Source of the DNA: an uncultured Planctomycetota bacterium
GTDB lineage: Bacteria; Planctomycetota; Planctomycetia; Isosphaerales; Isosphaeraceae
Reading direction: 5' to 3'
Length of the DNA: 64,000 nucleotides
Assembly (NCBI GenBank): GCA_963845755.1
Contig: CAWJTV010000011.1
Location: 1,430,028 to 1,494,027, forward strand
Shown here: positions 1 to 11,923 of the stretch, piece after piece
Numbering within the stretch: position 1 is the stretch's first letter
Layout of the letters: each line of letters opens with the position of its first letter
The notes under the pieces: model-generated
Told to the model about the DNA's origin: nothing
The model's input: the letters and a program-made list of their open reading frames with translations, nothing else
The model's database searches: none
Position numbers and translations under genes: made by a program

Positions 1-1006
1 CCCAGGTTCGTCCGGGCTGATGGCTGGCCCCGCCGCGTTTCGGTGGCCGTCCGGCCAACCCTCGGAAGGGTTCATAATCGATGGTCGGGCCGGGCGGTGG
101 GGCCTTGGGTGGCACTCCGGCGGTCGGGATTGGGCGTCCGGAGGCCGAGGCCGGGCCTTTGCTCCGAGGTTGGTGCGCGGAGGCGGTGTCTTCGCCGCCG
201 GCAGGTTGAAAACGCTCGCCCCGCGCCTGGTGCACCAGCGCGCGACCCTCGGCTCGTCCGAGAGACCCGCACAAGTTGATGGTCAGGGCGTTGGGCAGTC
301 GCAGGGCGTTCTGCGCCTCGGGCGAGCCTTCGACCACGCCGCGCCACGGGCAGTTCACCCCGCGTGGGAGACTCGTAAAATAGGTGCTGAACTCGACGTC
401 CCAGCGCCTCGGCGGCGGCAGGAGGGCGATGGCCTCGACGAACAGCGGCAGCAGGTCCATCCCCGGGCGGAAGATCAGGAACACGGGGCGCCGCGGGTCC
501 GCGAGGAACGACTCGGCGAGGACGCCGGCCCAGCCGGCATCGACGCCGAGGGCCTTCCAGGCGCCCGCAACGCCGGGAGGTCGGTCGCCTCGGGGGGGCG
601 TCTGGCCTGCCGGCAGGAGCCGCGGCTCTCCGTCCCAGGCCTCTTGAAGGAAGCCCGGATGGCCCACTAACCACGCCGGGCCGCCCTCGGGCCGTTCGTT
701 CGGCTCGAGCACGACGTGATGCGCATACTTGTTGGACCGACCCGAGTAGTCGAGGTTCGCCGGCCCGACGCGCGACAGCACGCTCACGGCCATGCCCCCC
801 ACCGTCAACCTGAGGTGGGAGAAGTTGATCGGGTTCTGAGCCGCGGCCGGGTCGTGGACCGGATAGACGGGCCGATACCCGCTGAGGCTCTCCAGGAGCT
901 CGAATAAGGGGGCGGACATCTGGGCCGTGCAGGCGACCGTGCAGAAGCCGCGGCTACCCGGCTTGAGCCCGCGTGGGACCGATGTATAGTGCAGTTCCTG
1001 GCTCAT
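1..1006 (-). CDS. GAP1-N2/GAP1-M-like GTPase-associated protein, truncated by left window edge
   Basis: Not in the ORF track because it has no stop in the window. Hand translation from ATG 1006 gives MSQELHYTSVPRGLKPGSRGFCTVACT...LDYSGRSNKYAHHVVL...RRWDVEFSTYF followed by a Pro-rich tail; the frame stays open to the edge. It lies directly downstream of the GTPase. Confidence 0.7.
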   Translation of the reverse strand, partial: MSQELHYTSVPRGLKPGSRGFCTVACTAQMSAPLFELLESLSGYRPVYPVHDPAAAQNPINFSHLRLTVGGMAVSVLSRVGPANLDYSGRSNKYAHHVVLEPNERPEGGPAWLVGHPGFLQEAWDGEPRLLPAGQTPPRGDRPPGVAGAWKALGVDAGWAGVLAESFLADPRRPVFLIFRPGMDLLPLFVEAIALLPPPRRWDVEFSTYFTSLPRGVNCPWRGVVEGSPEAQNALRLPNALTINLCGSLGRAEGRALVHQARGERFQPAGGEDTASAHQPRSKGPASASGRPIPTAGVPPKAPPPGPTIDYEPFRGLAGRPPKRGGASHQPGRTW

Positions 1007-1094
1007 CGACCCATCCTTCGATGTCAGGCGAGTCCCATCCGCCAGCGGCCGGCTCGGTAAGGACGACGCGGTGGAACTCGGGCGGATCGGCGAA

Positions 1095-2401
1095 TTATCT
1101 CGGCTTCCCACGACGGATGAGCCGCGGGACCAGCGCCGGCAAGACCCGCGACAGCGAATACAGCAGAGGCACGGTCACCCAGTGCGGCCGGATGTTCCTG
1201 GGCCGGATTCCGGGCCCTCCCGAACTCGAATCCCACTCCACCTGGCTGCCCAGCGAGCTAACAGCGATATACGTCGTTTCCTTGGCGAACGACTCCGCCG
1301 CGGCCACGGTCTCCGGACAATACTTGATCAGGATCTCGCGGAGGCGCCGGAGAGTCGCTCGACCTTCTCGACGTTGACACCGGTCATGTTCCCCTGGCTT
1401 CGCCAGGGATCCGCGGCGTCGTCCGGTCCCAGCAGGTGGGTCCATTCATCGAATTTGGCGAGGACGATCACCAGGGGACGATCGTATTTGCTGCCCTGCG
1501 CAAGCCCCGAATGCCGCCGGATTCGCGCGGCTGCCTCGGTGAGGATCGTCTCCTGCCGGCTCAACGTGGCCGCCCCCGGTGCAACGCCGCCTCGACAGAC
1601 GGTGCGGAACCGGGGGTCCTGGGTCGGGTCGAACAAGAAGAGGGCCGCCCGAGAATGAGCCAGGTGCCGCGTCACCGGGCTCGAAGCCCGATCCTCTCCG
1701 GGCCGGAAATCCTCGCCAGAGTTATCATAGAGGCAGAGTATCCTCGCCAGTCGCGTCGGGTCGCCGCCGGGATGCCCGTCCTGCGGCTGGATGGTGAACA
1801 AAAACGGACGGGGGTACGCGACCGTTCGTTGGCCGTAAGCGACGGTGTCGAACGAGTCCCCCATACCCTTACTCTCAGTCTTGCCGATCAGACCGGCCAG
1901 GGGGACGACCTCCGACTCGACGGGATTGAGGAACAGCGACTCTTCATACTGGTTGAGCGTCCGGTTTGATTCTGTGTCGGCGTCGGTGAAGGCTAGCTTG
2001 AAACTGTGGGGCAGGATCTGGCGCAACTGCCAGGTCATCGCGGTCAGGAAGTAGGACTTGCCGCTACCGATTGCCCCCAGGATGGAGATGAACAGCGGCT
2101 CCATCTCCAGCATGGCCCGGGGGATCGGGAGATGACACCGCGGGCACGCCAGGCTCCGGCAGGTCATCCCCTTGGCGTCGATCGCATCTCCCTGGAGGGT
2201 ATACCGGCTGGGCAAGAACCGTTGCTGACGCTCGGAGCCCAGCAGCGGATCACCGAGCAGGTCGAAATGCTCCGATATCCACAAGACCTCATGGGGCGAG
2301 AACCGCTCCCAGCAGTGCGGGCACGTGACCTGCGGAAGGAGCTTCAGCGCCGTGCAATCTCCGGCGGAGAGGTTGTCGTAATAGGCGGTTGTGTTCGTCA
2401 T
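1095..2401 (-). CDS. TRAFAC-class GTPase (double-GTPase-2-like) with N-terminal zinc ribbon; frameshift near 1360
   Basis: CPHC...CPRC, G1 GAIGSGKS, G3 DNSGE, G4-like AKFD. ORF 1328..2467 continues in ORF 1095..1445 (RRLREILIKYCPE...). Confidence 0.75.
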
Positions 2402-3642
2402 CGCATCACCGCGCAAAAACGGTCGGACCAAACTCGTGCGCACCACATTCCCACGACGAGGAGCCATCCCGCCGAGAGAGCGCCCGCGGCCGGTTCGATG
2501 CTTCGTTGCACCCCTCCATCGGCACTATCCGAAGAGTATACCCATGGCCATAATAGGACACAAGGTTCTCCTTGTCTCGATGACAGCATTGGCTTTACGA
2601 CGATTCTCGAGGCGGTTTTCCCTTTCGAAACCGCCGGGTTACGACCTCCGCCGGATGCGGCGTGAGCCCACCCCAGCCCTCTCATCAGACGATGGAGGCC
2701 GGCCTGTCTTGCGCTTCACACCATTTTCCGTCGTCTTTCCCATCGACGGGCGAAGTCCGCCCGGTCGGCATCAAGCCCGGAGGAGGGAGTGAGAGGCCAA
2801 CACGCTCCTGGGAATTCCCCGGACCGCCCATGAAGCGCGCGGCGGATAAGCGCTTTGTCAGGGCCGATGGTTTCCGTTATTGAGCGACCCGGCCACGGTC
2901 GTGATACAAAGCGGCCTCATGCTGGCCACGAAGACTGCGTCTTCAGGTGCCTGCACACCATGCGACACCGCAGGACTTTCGGGCCAATGTCGATTGGGAA
3001 GGCCCCCGCTCGACAGGGCCGATGCGGTCGCCGGCGTTCGTCCCCAGAGCCGATCGCAGCCCTCCGGTCAGAGACACCGAGCTGTTGTCGATGTTGATTC
3101 TGTCTGCTCGATTCCGGTCCTGGAAGGCTTTTCAAGGGAATGCCCCAGGAAAACCCCGGCCGATCATTCGTCGGCACGCCATTCGCTCTTCCAGATAAAC
3201 CCCTGGACACGGACAGACCTCTGGACGCGTCTCAGGGTGGCGCAAACCTGGCCAGCCCGCCGGACATGCGACGGGACGCCGAGAAGGTGCGGGAAGCATC
3301 CAGGTCGCCACCGATCGGTCCCATCATCTCACCGGGGCAGTGAAATTCGGACCTCCTGATGGATCGGGCGAGTTTCTCCAACTGGTGCCGATGCTGGGCT
3401 CTGCTCGCGCGTTCCGCCCGCGCCGTGGATGTGTCAGACCTCGATCGGCTCGAGGAGATGCGAGCCTCGAGCCCGACTTCCCGGCGGCCTCGAGACATCA
3501 TCGGCGAGAGTCCCGCCGAAGCGGGCTCCGCGAGCACTGCCCGGCTAAACCTGTGATGGCGATCTGACGCCTGACATCGTTGATCGCACCGACACGGCGT
3601 AGGAGAGATGGAACAACTAACAAAGCGGTGAGGAGACGCCCG

Positions 3643-4968
3643 ATGTTTGGAAGAAGACGCGACGCGGGTTCGTTCGGTGTGGCGGTTGTGTGCCTTGTTA
3701 TGGTCATTCTGCCGGAAATGTCGGGGACGGTCCTCGGTCAGCCGGGGACGACCTCAAAAAAGACGCAGGGAAGACGGACAAAGGGGAAACAATCTGTCGC
3801 CAGATCCAGACAGCGACCCAAGGTCGCGGCTGAGGAAAAGGGCGTGGCCGACCGGATCGTGCTGCGAGATGGCAAGGAACTGTTCGGGCAAGTCGACGAA
3901 TCCGCTTCGGGCTCGGCCCTGACGATCCTGGCCCGTCGAGAAGCGATTCGGACGACGCTTCCCGACTGGTCGAAGAAATGGGAGGACGCCGAGCGCGGAA
4001 CGACGGCCGTCGCGTTGCATCAGCGTCGGGAACGTCTGGCCGCGTGGCGTCGAGAACGCCCGGCGGAATCCGCGTCGGGAGATCGGATCAGCGCCTGGCT
4101 CGATCGTGAGCTGTCGGAGTCGACCGGGCCGGCCGCCCCATCGCCCCTCATCGCGATTCGGCTTGGACGCAACGACGTCTCGGCCGTGGAACGGCGAAGC
4201 GATTCGGCGGCGCGGGCCCTGAGGTGTGCCTGGCTGCTCGGACTGGCCAACCCAGAGACGACCCCTCTTGCCACGCTGAAAGACGCCATCGCGGGCCGGG
4301 GCATGAACCTTGAAGGCGACGAGCCGATCGCGATCGACCGGCTGCTGCCGCCGGCCGCCGAGCCCATAGACCGCTGGTTCCTGCGCCGGGCCGCGACCGA
4401 GGTCCTTCATGACGAGGGCCTGCGATTCATCCAGTTCGGCACTTCGATCCTGCCCGAGCCGGTCCCGGGACAGCCCCTCGATCCGGCGATGGGGGCGACG
4501 CTCGTGGAAGGCACGATCCGGGACGTGCTAGGCGTCGGGCGGGGCGACCCGCTGCCGGCGAGGCTCCACGCCGTCGCCGCTCGCGGTCGAGTCGGCGTCG
4601 TGATCACGAGGATCGAAATCGCGCCCGACCTCGGAGGTGTGGCCGCCGAGTTGACCCTCTACTATCGCAAGGGGAGCGACTGGGACCGGGCCCTCTGGAG
4701 GTCGCAGAATCTCCCGGTTGGTGCCGTGCCCCCGGTCGTCGTCTCGATCGTCGCCCAGGACCCGCAAGTCAAGGCGGTGATCAATCTGATCGACACGATC
4801 GGAGCGGGATTCGTCTCGCCCGCGATGAAGGAACGGGGTCTGGTCGTGGCCGCGACCGTCGGCGGAGCTGTCGTCCTGGCGCGAACTTCCCTGGTTCGAT
4901 CCCTCGCAGGGCTCGCCTTCGATGTCGAGGGTAAGGGCCAGGCCCGTGGCTCGCGGCCAAACCCCTGA
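3643..4968 (+). CDS. Hypothetical exported protein
   Basis: Long ORF with hydrophobic N-terminal segment and a DRIVLRDGKELFG motif; no family recognised. Confidence 0.7.
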   Translation: MFGRRRDAGSFGVAVVCLVMVILPEMSGTVLGQPGTTSKKTQGRRTKGKQSVARSRQRPKVAAEEKGVADRIVLRDGKELFGQVDESASGSALTILARREAIRTTLPDWSKKWEDAERGTTAVALHQRRERLAAWRRERPAESASGDRISAWLDRELSESTGPAAPSPLIAIRLGRNDVSAVERRSDSAARALRCAWLLGLANPETTPLATLKDAIAGRGMNLEGDEPIAIDRLLPPAAEPIDRWFLRRAATEVLHDEGLRFIQFGTSILPEPVPGQPLDPAMGATLVEGTIRDVLGVGRGDPLPARLHAVAARGRVGVVITRIEIAPDLGGVAAELTLYYRKGSDWDRALWRSQNLPVGAVPPVVVSIVAQDPQVKAVINLIDTIGAGFVSPAMKERGLVVAATVGGAVVLARTSLVRSLAGLAFDVEGKGQARGSRPNP

Positions 4969-5565
4969 GAGGACTCGGCCCCGCCCTTTGAGGCGGGCCA
5001 TGACGACGGATGTACTCGACGGGCCGGTCCCGCAGGGGTCGTTTACAAGAACCGACACTCGAGCTTCGGCCAGATGACCCTCACCGCAATGGTCCCGATC
5101 GTCAACATCGCGTTGCCTGGCGACAACAGACATGTCCCAGGGTCTGCCCCATCGCCCTATCGTCTATGAAAAGCGGGCGGGACTGGCTCGTGATGAGGCG
5201 GGAGTGTCCGGCCAGCCCAACGACATCGATCGCTCTTGGGTGTAAAGAGCAATTCGGTGAAACCCCGTCAGCCGTGGCGATCGTGTGCCTCCACGATCGG
5301 CCACGGCATGATCCTCTACAGATCCCCCCGAGCCCCACGATTGCCCTGGTGCCATTCTGGCTGATCCGCGCGCGACGAGCATGGTCCATCGAGGCGGCCT
5401 TTCCTGTTGCGGGGACAGGGCCTGTCAGACACTGTTCCTTCACAGGAAAGGCCCCTCAACACTCAGGCCATCCTCTTGTCGAGGCGGCCGACTCGAGCTC
5501 ACTCCTGAGCGAGAACTTTGGGAAAAGGGCTGAAACTCGTGGCATCGTCGCGATTGCACACCTTC

Positions 5566-7350
<1,785 letters not shown>

Positions 7351-7456
7351 TCTCCTCAAGGTGTTAGAAAGACGTAAGGATTTTGCCGCTTCTGTCCGCC
7401 GCAGACCCGGATGGGTGGCTCTGCTCAAACCTTCCGCCAGGGCAGGAGGTCGCTCA

Positions 7457-7876
7457 TCATCTCACGAACAGCTCCCAGAGTCCCAGGAGGCCGATGACCG
7501 CGATCAGCATGGCCACCGTGACGCTCAATGGCCACGGACTCAAGACCGGTGATTCCCCACGCCGGAGCCTTCGTAGCGTGAGCCAATGAGACAAACCCGC
7601 GAGCAACGCCCCGACAATCCCCAGGAGGAGCAGCGCCGTGCCCATGCGAATCGCACCGCGATGCAACCGAAAGCTCTCGGAACTCGGCGACTTTTCCTCG
7701 ATCGAGCGGAAGAACGCGACCATGCCGAAGCCAAAGCTTGCCATGGCCAGGGTCGTCCTGACCCAGGCGAGTGTCGTCCGGTCCAGGGCTAGCTGGGTCC
7801 GGTAACTCGCCATGCTGGTCCGCTGTCGCGCCAGATTTATGCGGGGATCGTCGGAATTCGGCGTTGACTCGCTCAT
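7457..7876 (-). CDS. DUF202/YidH family membrane protein
   Basis: LALDRTTLAWVRTTLAMASFGF motif; three TM segments. Confidence 0.9.
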   Translation of the reverse strand: MSESTPNSDDPRINLARQRTSMASYRTQLALDRTTLAWVRTTLAMASFGFGMVAFFRSIEEKSPSSESFRLHRGAIRMGTALLLLGIVGALLAGLSHWLTLRRLRRGESPVLSPWPLSVTVAMLIAVIGLLGLWELFVR

Positions 7877-8169
7877 GGGTGGTCCGTTTCGTGCGGGGCC
7901 TGGCCCTTCTTGCTCTTGTGTTCCAGGTATTTCCGACTCGCCTCCAACCCCTCGATGACGTGCGGCAGGGCTTCGAGGATGCTGAAGATCCCGATGATGA
8001 GGATGCCGTGACCGACGCGAAGATGCCCATGTGCGATGTCTTCTCGAAACGTGCGCGCGGCCTCGGTCAGGCCGATCAAGACCAGCGCGATCCCCTTCAC
8101 CAGGTTGGTGACGGGATTCTCGACGAACGAAGTGATGGCACGTGCGATCTGATTCCAGCGGTCGTTCAT
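7873..8169 (-). CDS. Small two-TM hypothetical membrane protein
   Basis: MNDRWNQIARAITSFVENPVTNLVKGIALVLIGL...; stop overlaps the DUF202 start (ATGA). Confidence 0.7.
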   Translation of the reverse strand: MNDRWNQIARAITSFVENPVTNLVKGIALVLIGLTEAARTFREDIAHGHLRVGHGILIIGIFSILEALPHVIEGLEASRKYLEHKSKKGQAPHETDHP

Positions 8170-8257
8170 CAGACTATCCCGTCGTTCCTTTCTGGCCTGG
8201 CCCGCGCCGAGGGCCTGGGTCGAAGTACCCAAGGTCCAGCACGAGATCGAACCAACG

Positions 8258-9308
8258 TCACTGTGTGCCCAGGCGCGCCTTTCGGCTCGCCAACTCCGCT
8301 TGCCACCGTGCCGCGATTGATGACTCCGACGGGCGTGCTGTCCGGCGTCGAGTTCTCGGTCACGTCGATGTACATGGCCGCGGACGCATCGGCCGAGAGC
8401 TGCGATCTGGGGAGGAGCGTGAGCCGTCCGACGGTGTGAAATGGAGCTTGCGTTTCCTTCCACTCGACGCTCGCGTTCTCGATCCAGAAGTCGGGGTCCC
8501 GACGTTTGCCCCAGTAGGTCATCTTCTCCGTATCGAGGAATTGAAGCCCGATGTCGAAGGAACTCATCGTGATGTCTTCGTTCAGGTGCCGAACCAGTTC
8601 GTCTTGCAGGGCGTTCGGATTGTTCGCCTGCAGGGGCCGTGCGGGATTACCTGCGCACGGCGAGGCCGAATACTTCACGACGTCCGCCGCTCCGTGGCGG
8701 AACGGCACGTTGCTCCAATCGCGCAGTTGCTGATAGGGCCGAACCGGTTGCCGTGTCTGCAACCTGGCCTTCATAATGGTTCGCGCGAATACGAGCTTGT
8801 CTCGAAATGGCAATGACCAGAGGACTCGGGCCGGACTCGACGCCGTGAGCATCTTCACCAAGACGACGAACGCGTGTAGGTCATTGATAGGGAGCGTGGT
8901 CGCGCTTTGCAGTGAAAGGTCCTGCCGTACGGTGTTCCCGCCGGGCGCCGCCAGGCCATCCGGCGCGAGATCGACGGCGAATGACAACGCACGTACGTCG
9001 GTTTGATAATCGGATTTCACCTTCGGGTCCGAGTTGGAGAACCTCACCGTGGCGGGGTAGATACCGGGCGTGGCGTAGATGCCCTTGGCGAGCCTCGCCG
9101 CCAGCGCGGGATTGCGCCCCGCGGTGACGTCAAAGACCTCGAATTGAGCTCTCACACACACGCCTTTCGCGTGGCTCGCACGGCGGCGCGGTCCGTCTGG
9201 TCCCGCCGCGCGTGCCTGGAGCGCGAGAAACCCCTGAACGATCTCCGCGATCTGGGCCTCTTCGGTGGCCGGCTGGCGTTCCTGCGAGTGTCCGGTCAGG
9301 ACGGACAT
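8258..9308 (-). CDS. Catalase-like (catalase-related heme domain) protein; probable frameshift near 8310
   Basis: RRASHAKG, VRFSN, PFRHG..VKY, IENASVEW motifs. The corrected C-terminus reads INRARWQAELASRKARLGTQ*. Confidence 0.8.
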
Positions 9309-9331
9309 GAGTGGGTCCTCCTCAGCCCTCG

Positions 9332-10888
9332 TCATTTCAGGTTGGCGATGAACTTCGTTGCGGTGATGCTGGGCAAGAAGCAGTAGGCCACCGCACGCGT
9401 CGTGGTAAAGCTCGAAAAGCCCGCAATCTTGATCGGAGGGGCGCCACTCGCTTGCGGAATCACAAAAATGCTTTCCGCCGGGTCCTGAGTCCCGATGAGC
9501 GGGTCTTTCGCCTTGGGATTCAGCCGGACGGCTCCGGCGAATTCGCTGTCATTCACCCACTGGCTCAGCACGAATTCATACTGGTTCTCGATATTCGAGT
9601 TGATGAAGTAGCCGAAGAGCCCGCGTTCGATTCCGTCGTACGGTTGCGTCGGATCGTAGGATGGGCCGTACGGGAGGCCGCGACGAATGAGCCGATGAGT
9701 GTTATTGCTGCCGCCGGTCTGTCCCTGGCCGCTGATGGGCTGTCCCCGCGGATTGATGCGGCGGATGTGCGCACCGACCGGACAGCGCAGCCCTTTCGGA
9801 TCTCCCGACCCGTCGGGGTTCACGTACTCAAAATTGTTCAGTTGGTCCGGCGAGATTCCAGCCGGTGGGCTATCCGTGTCCAGGGAGAGCGCCAGAGGAA
9901 CGCCGTTGCGCCATCGTCCGCACATCTTGGCGGCGAGCAGCTCCGGATCGATGCGGTCCTGATTCGACTGCAAGAAATTCTCGAAGCCGACCACATCGGT
10001 CCGGATCATCTTGAAGACGGCAAAACTGCCATTCCGCCCGAGCTCCGGGGGCTCTGGCACGAAGTAATTTTCGGCCTCGTCCAGCAAGACGAACAACCAG
10101 GGCTCACACGGCTGCTGGTGGTCGGGCTTGTATCGCTCCGGCCCCCCACGAATCGTCGTCATGCTGATGCCATCGACGTAGCCGAAGTGAACCTTGGAAA
10201 CGGGCACCGGCTGACCATCCTGCATCTCCATCAGCGCCATGCCGTCGCCGCGCCAGAGTTCCTGGAAAGCTTGACCTTCAACGATCATCGCCGACAAGCG
10301 ATCACTGTAGGTCTTCAGGGCTTCCGGAGTTGCGGCATGCAGAGTCAGCATGACGTGATCGTTTCCCGTCCCGAAACCGCCGATCCAGTTTTCCGGTCCA
10401 TTCACTCCGGTGTCGCCGACCCGTTCCGCCCGCGCGGCGGCTCCGGCGACGAACGCGTTGAACGATCTGAAGGAGAGGTTGGGAGCACGATCCTTGACCT
10501 CCAATGCCAGCAATCCGGCCCACGTGATGCCCAGGTTCAGGCAATAGTCGGGCTTACAGCGCGGGGGGTCCGCCGGATTGTCTCCGGGGCCCGGCTCAAA
10601 TCCGACCTGCCAGTCCCTGGCCGTCCTGATCTGGGGCGCATCGGTTTCGTCGCCGTTGACGAACCGGCCAAGAAGCTGGCGTGCTGCCGAGGGGACAGTG
10701 ACCTTCAGCAGGAAATGCCGCACGATCGGCATCCGGTAGCCGCGGAGGATGAAGCCCTGAATGTCTTCAAGATCCAGTGGTTTGGAGACGGGCGATGATT
10801 TCTGGCCCTCGCCTCGGCCGAACAACCGATGAAAGAACCCGACGTTTTCTTTCTTCGTTGGCGAGTTCGTCTCAGGTTCCTGGCTCAT
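9332..10888 (-). CDS. Dyp-type peroxidase
   Basis: DIQG, HFGYVDGIS (GxxDG), AHIRRINPR (proximal His), RLIRRGLPYG, GLFG. Confidence 0.92.
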   Translation of the reverse strand: MSQEPETNSPTKKENVGFFHRLFGRGEGQKSSPVSKPLDLEDIQGFILRGYRMPIVRHFLLKVTVPSAARQLLGRFVNGDETDAPQIRTARDWQVGFEPGPGDNPADPPRCKPDYCLNLGITWAGLLALEVKDRAPNLSFRSFNAFVAGAAARAERVGDTGVNGPENWIGGFGTGNDHVMLTLHAATPEALKTYSDRLSAMIVEGQAFQELWRGDGMALMEMQDGQPVPVSKVHFGYVDGISMTTIRGGPERYKPDHQQPCEPWLFVLLDEAENYFVPEPPELGRNGSFAVFKMIRTDVVGFENFLQSNQDRIDPELLAAKMCGRWRNGVPLALSLDTDSPPAGISPDQLNNFEYVNPDGSGDPKGLRCPVGAHIRRINPRGQPISGQGQTGGSNNTHRLIRRGLPYGPSYDPTQPYDGIERGLFGYFINSNIENQYEFVLSQWVNDSEFAGAVRLNPKAKDPLIGTQDPAESIFVIPQASGAPPIKIAGFSSFTTTRAVAYCFLPSITATKFIANLK

Positions 10889-10959
10889 CGCGCATCACCT
10901 TTCCGACTCAGGATCCTGGTTCTCTAGCACGGCGCCATGGGATCTCAGCCGGGCGACAA

Positions 10960-11826
10960 TCAACCCGACACCGCTTCGGACCCGCTGTCGATGAGCAGGG
11001 CCTTGATGTCCTGAACGGTCAGGCCCGGATAGGCCTGGTAGAAGCCGATGGGGGTCCGGTTGGCGGCCGTCGCAAAATCGATGAACTCCTGGACGTGCTT
11101 CCTGCACGGCGACGGCGGCGCGCCCTCGGTGAACTTGAACAAGACATCAAAGACTTCCCCGATGTTCCGGGTGAAGTCATCGATGTACTTGTCGAACGAC
11201 CCGTCGTAGACGGTGAAGAAGCCCAGTTGCCTGTCCTCGACGGGCACGAATTGTGCAAAGTGCGGCGTGCCGACCTTGTCCAGGTCTCGACGAACTTTGC
11301 CCGCCATCCCCATCGTGCGCACGATCATCTGCATCTCCGCGAACGCGAGGCGCGATTTTGAAGGCAAGATCACGAGGAATAGATTTGGCTGGCTGGCGCC
11401 CTTGACGTCCGCGGCGGCGGCCAGGGCCTTGATCTGCTTGGCGGTGGCACCGGTGTAGGCGGTGTAGACAAAGGCTGGGTGCAGGAGGTGTCCCGCCGCC
11501 CATTCGGCAAAGGCTTCCGCGTGATCGGCGACCGGTGTGGCTGGCGGATTGTCCACATGCGCGAAGAGAGTGTCGAACACCGGTCCTGCATGCCTGGCCA
11601 GATCCCGCATGAGTTGCCCGAATTCGCCGTCGAAGTCGGCGAGGAAGAGCAGCGTCTTCTCGCTCAGCACCGTGAAGCGGGAGTAATGCACCGTGCCGAT
11701 GGCATCTTCCGCTCGGAACAGGTCGGGCATCAACGGGGTCAGATTCTGCGCCAGCTCTTTGGCAGCCGCGGGGGATCGGAACGGAAAGGCAAGGGTGAAA
11801 TGGCTCTGGCTTACGGGGCTACTCAT
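10960..11826 (-). CDS. Hypothetical protein made of two homologous domains
   Basis: Internal duplication: GTVHYSRF..FDG..FDTLF..AYTGATAKQIKA versus GTPHFAQF..YDG..FDVLF..AYPGLTVQDIKA. Confidence 0.8.
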   Translation of the reverse strand: MSSPVSQSHFTLAFPFRSPAAAKELAQNLTPLMPDLFRAEDAIGTVHYSRFTVLSEKTLLFLADFDGEFGQLMRDLARHAGPVFDTLFAHVDNPPATPVADHAEAFAEWAAGHLLHPAFVYTAYTGATAKQIKALAAAADVKGASQPNLFLVILPSKSRLAFAEMQMIVRTMGMAGKVRRDLDKVGTPHFAQFVPVEDRQLGFFTVYDGSFDKYIDDFTRNIGEVFDVLFKFTEGAPPSPCRKHVQEFIDFATAANRTPIGFYQAYPGLTVQDIKALLIDSGSEAVSG

Positions 11827-11923
11827 GGACGGGTTTTCCTTGCTCCTTATGTGTGCGACCACGGATCGTCGCGAACCGGTCAACCCCGTGCGACATGTGT
11901 CGGGGTCGACCGGCCGTTCCGAG

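Noticed and set aside
2500..3600. Short overlapping ORFs, possible degraded HPt-like gene (DAEKVREAS..DLDRLEEM)
   Set aside because: No consistent frame or diagnostic motif.
4970..5560. ORFs between the hypothetical gene and the sulfatase
   Set aside because: No recognisable motifs or coding bias.
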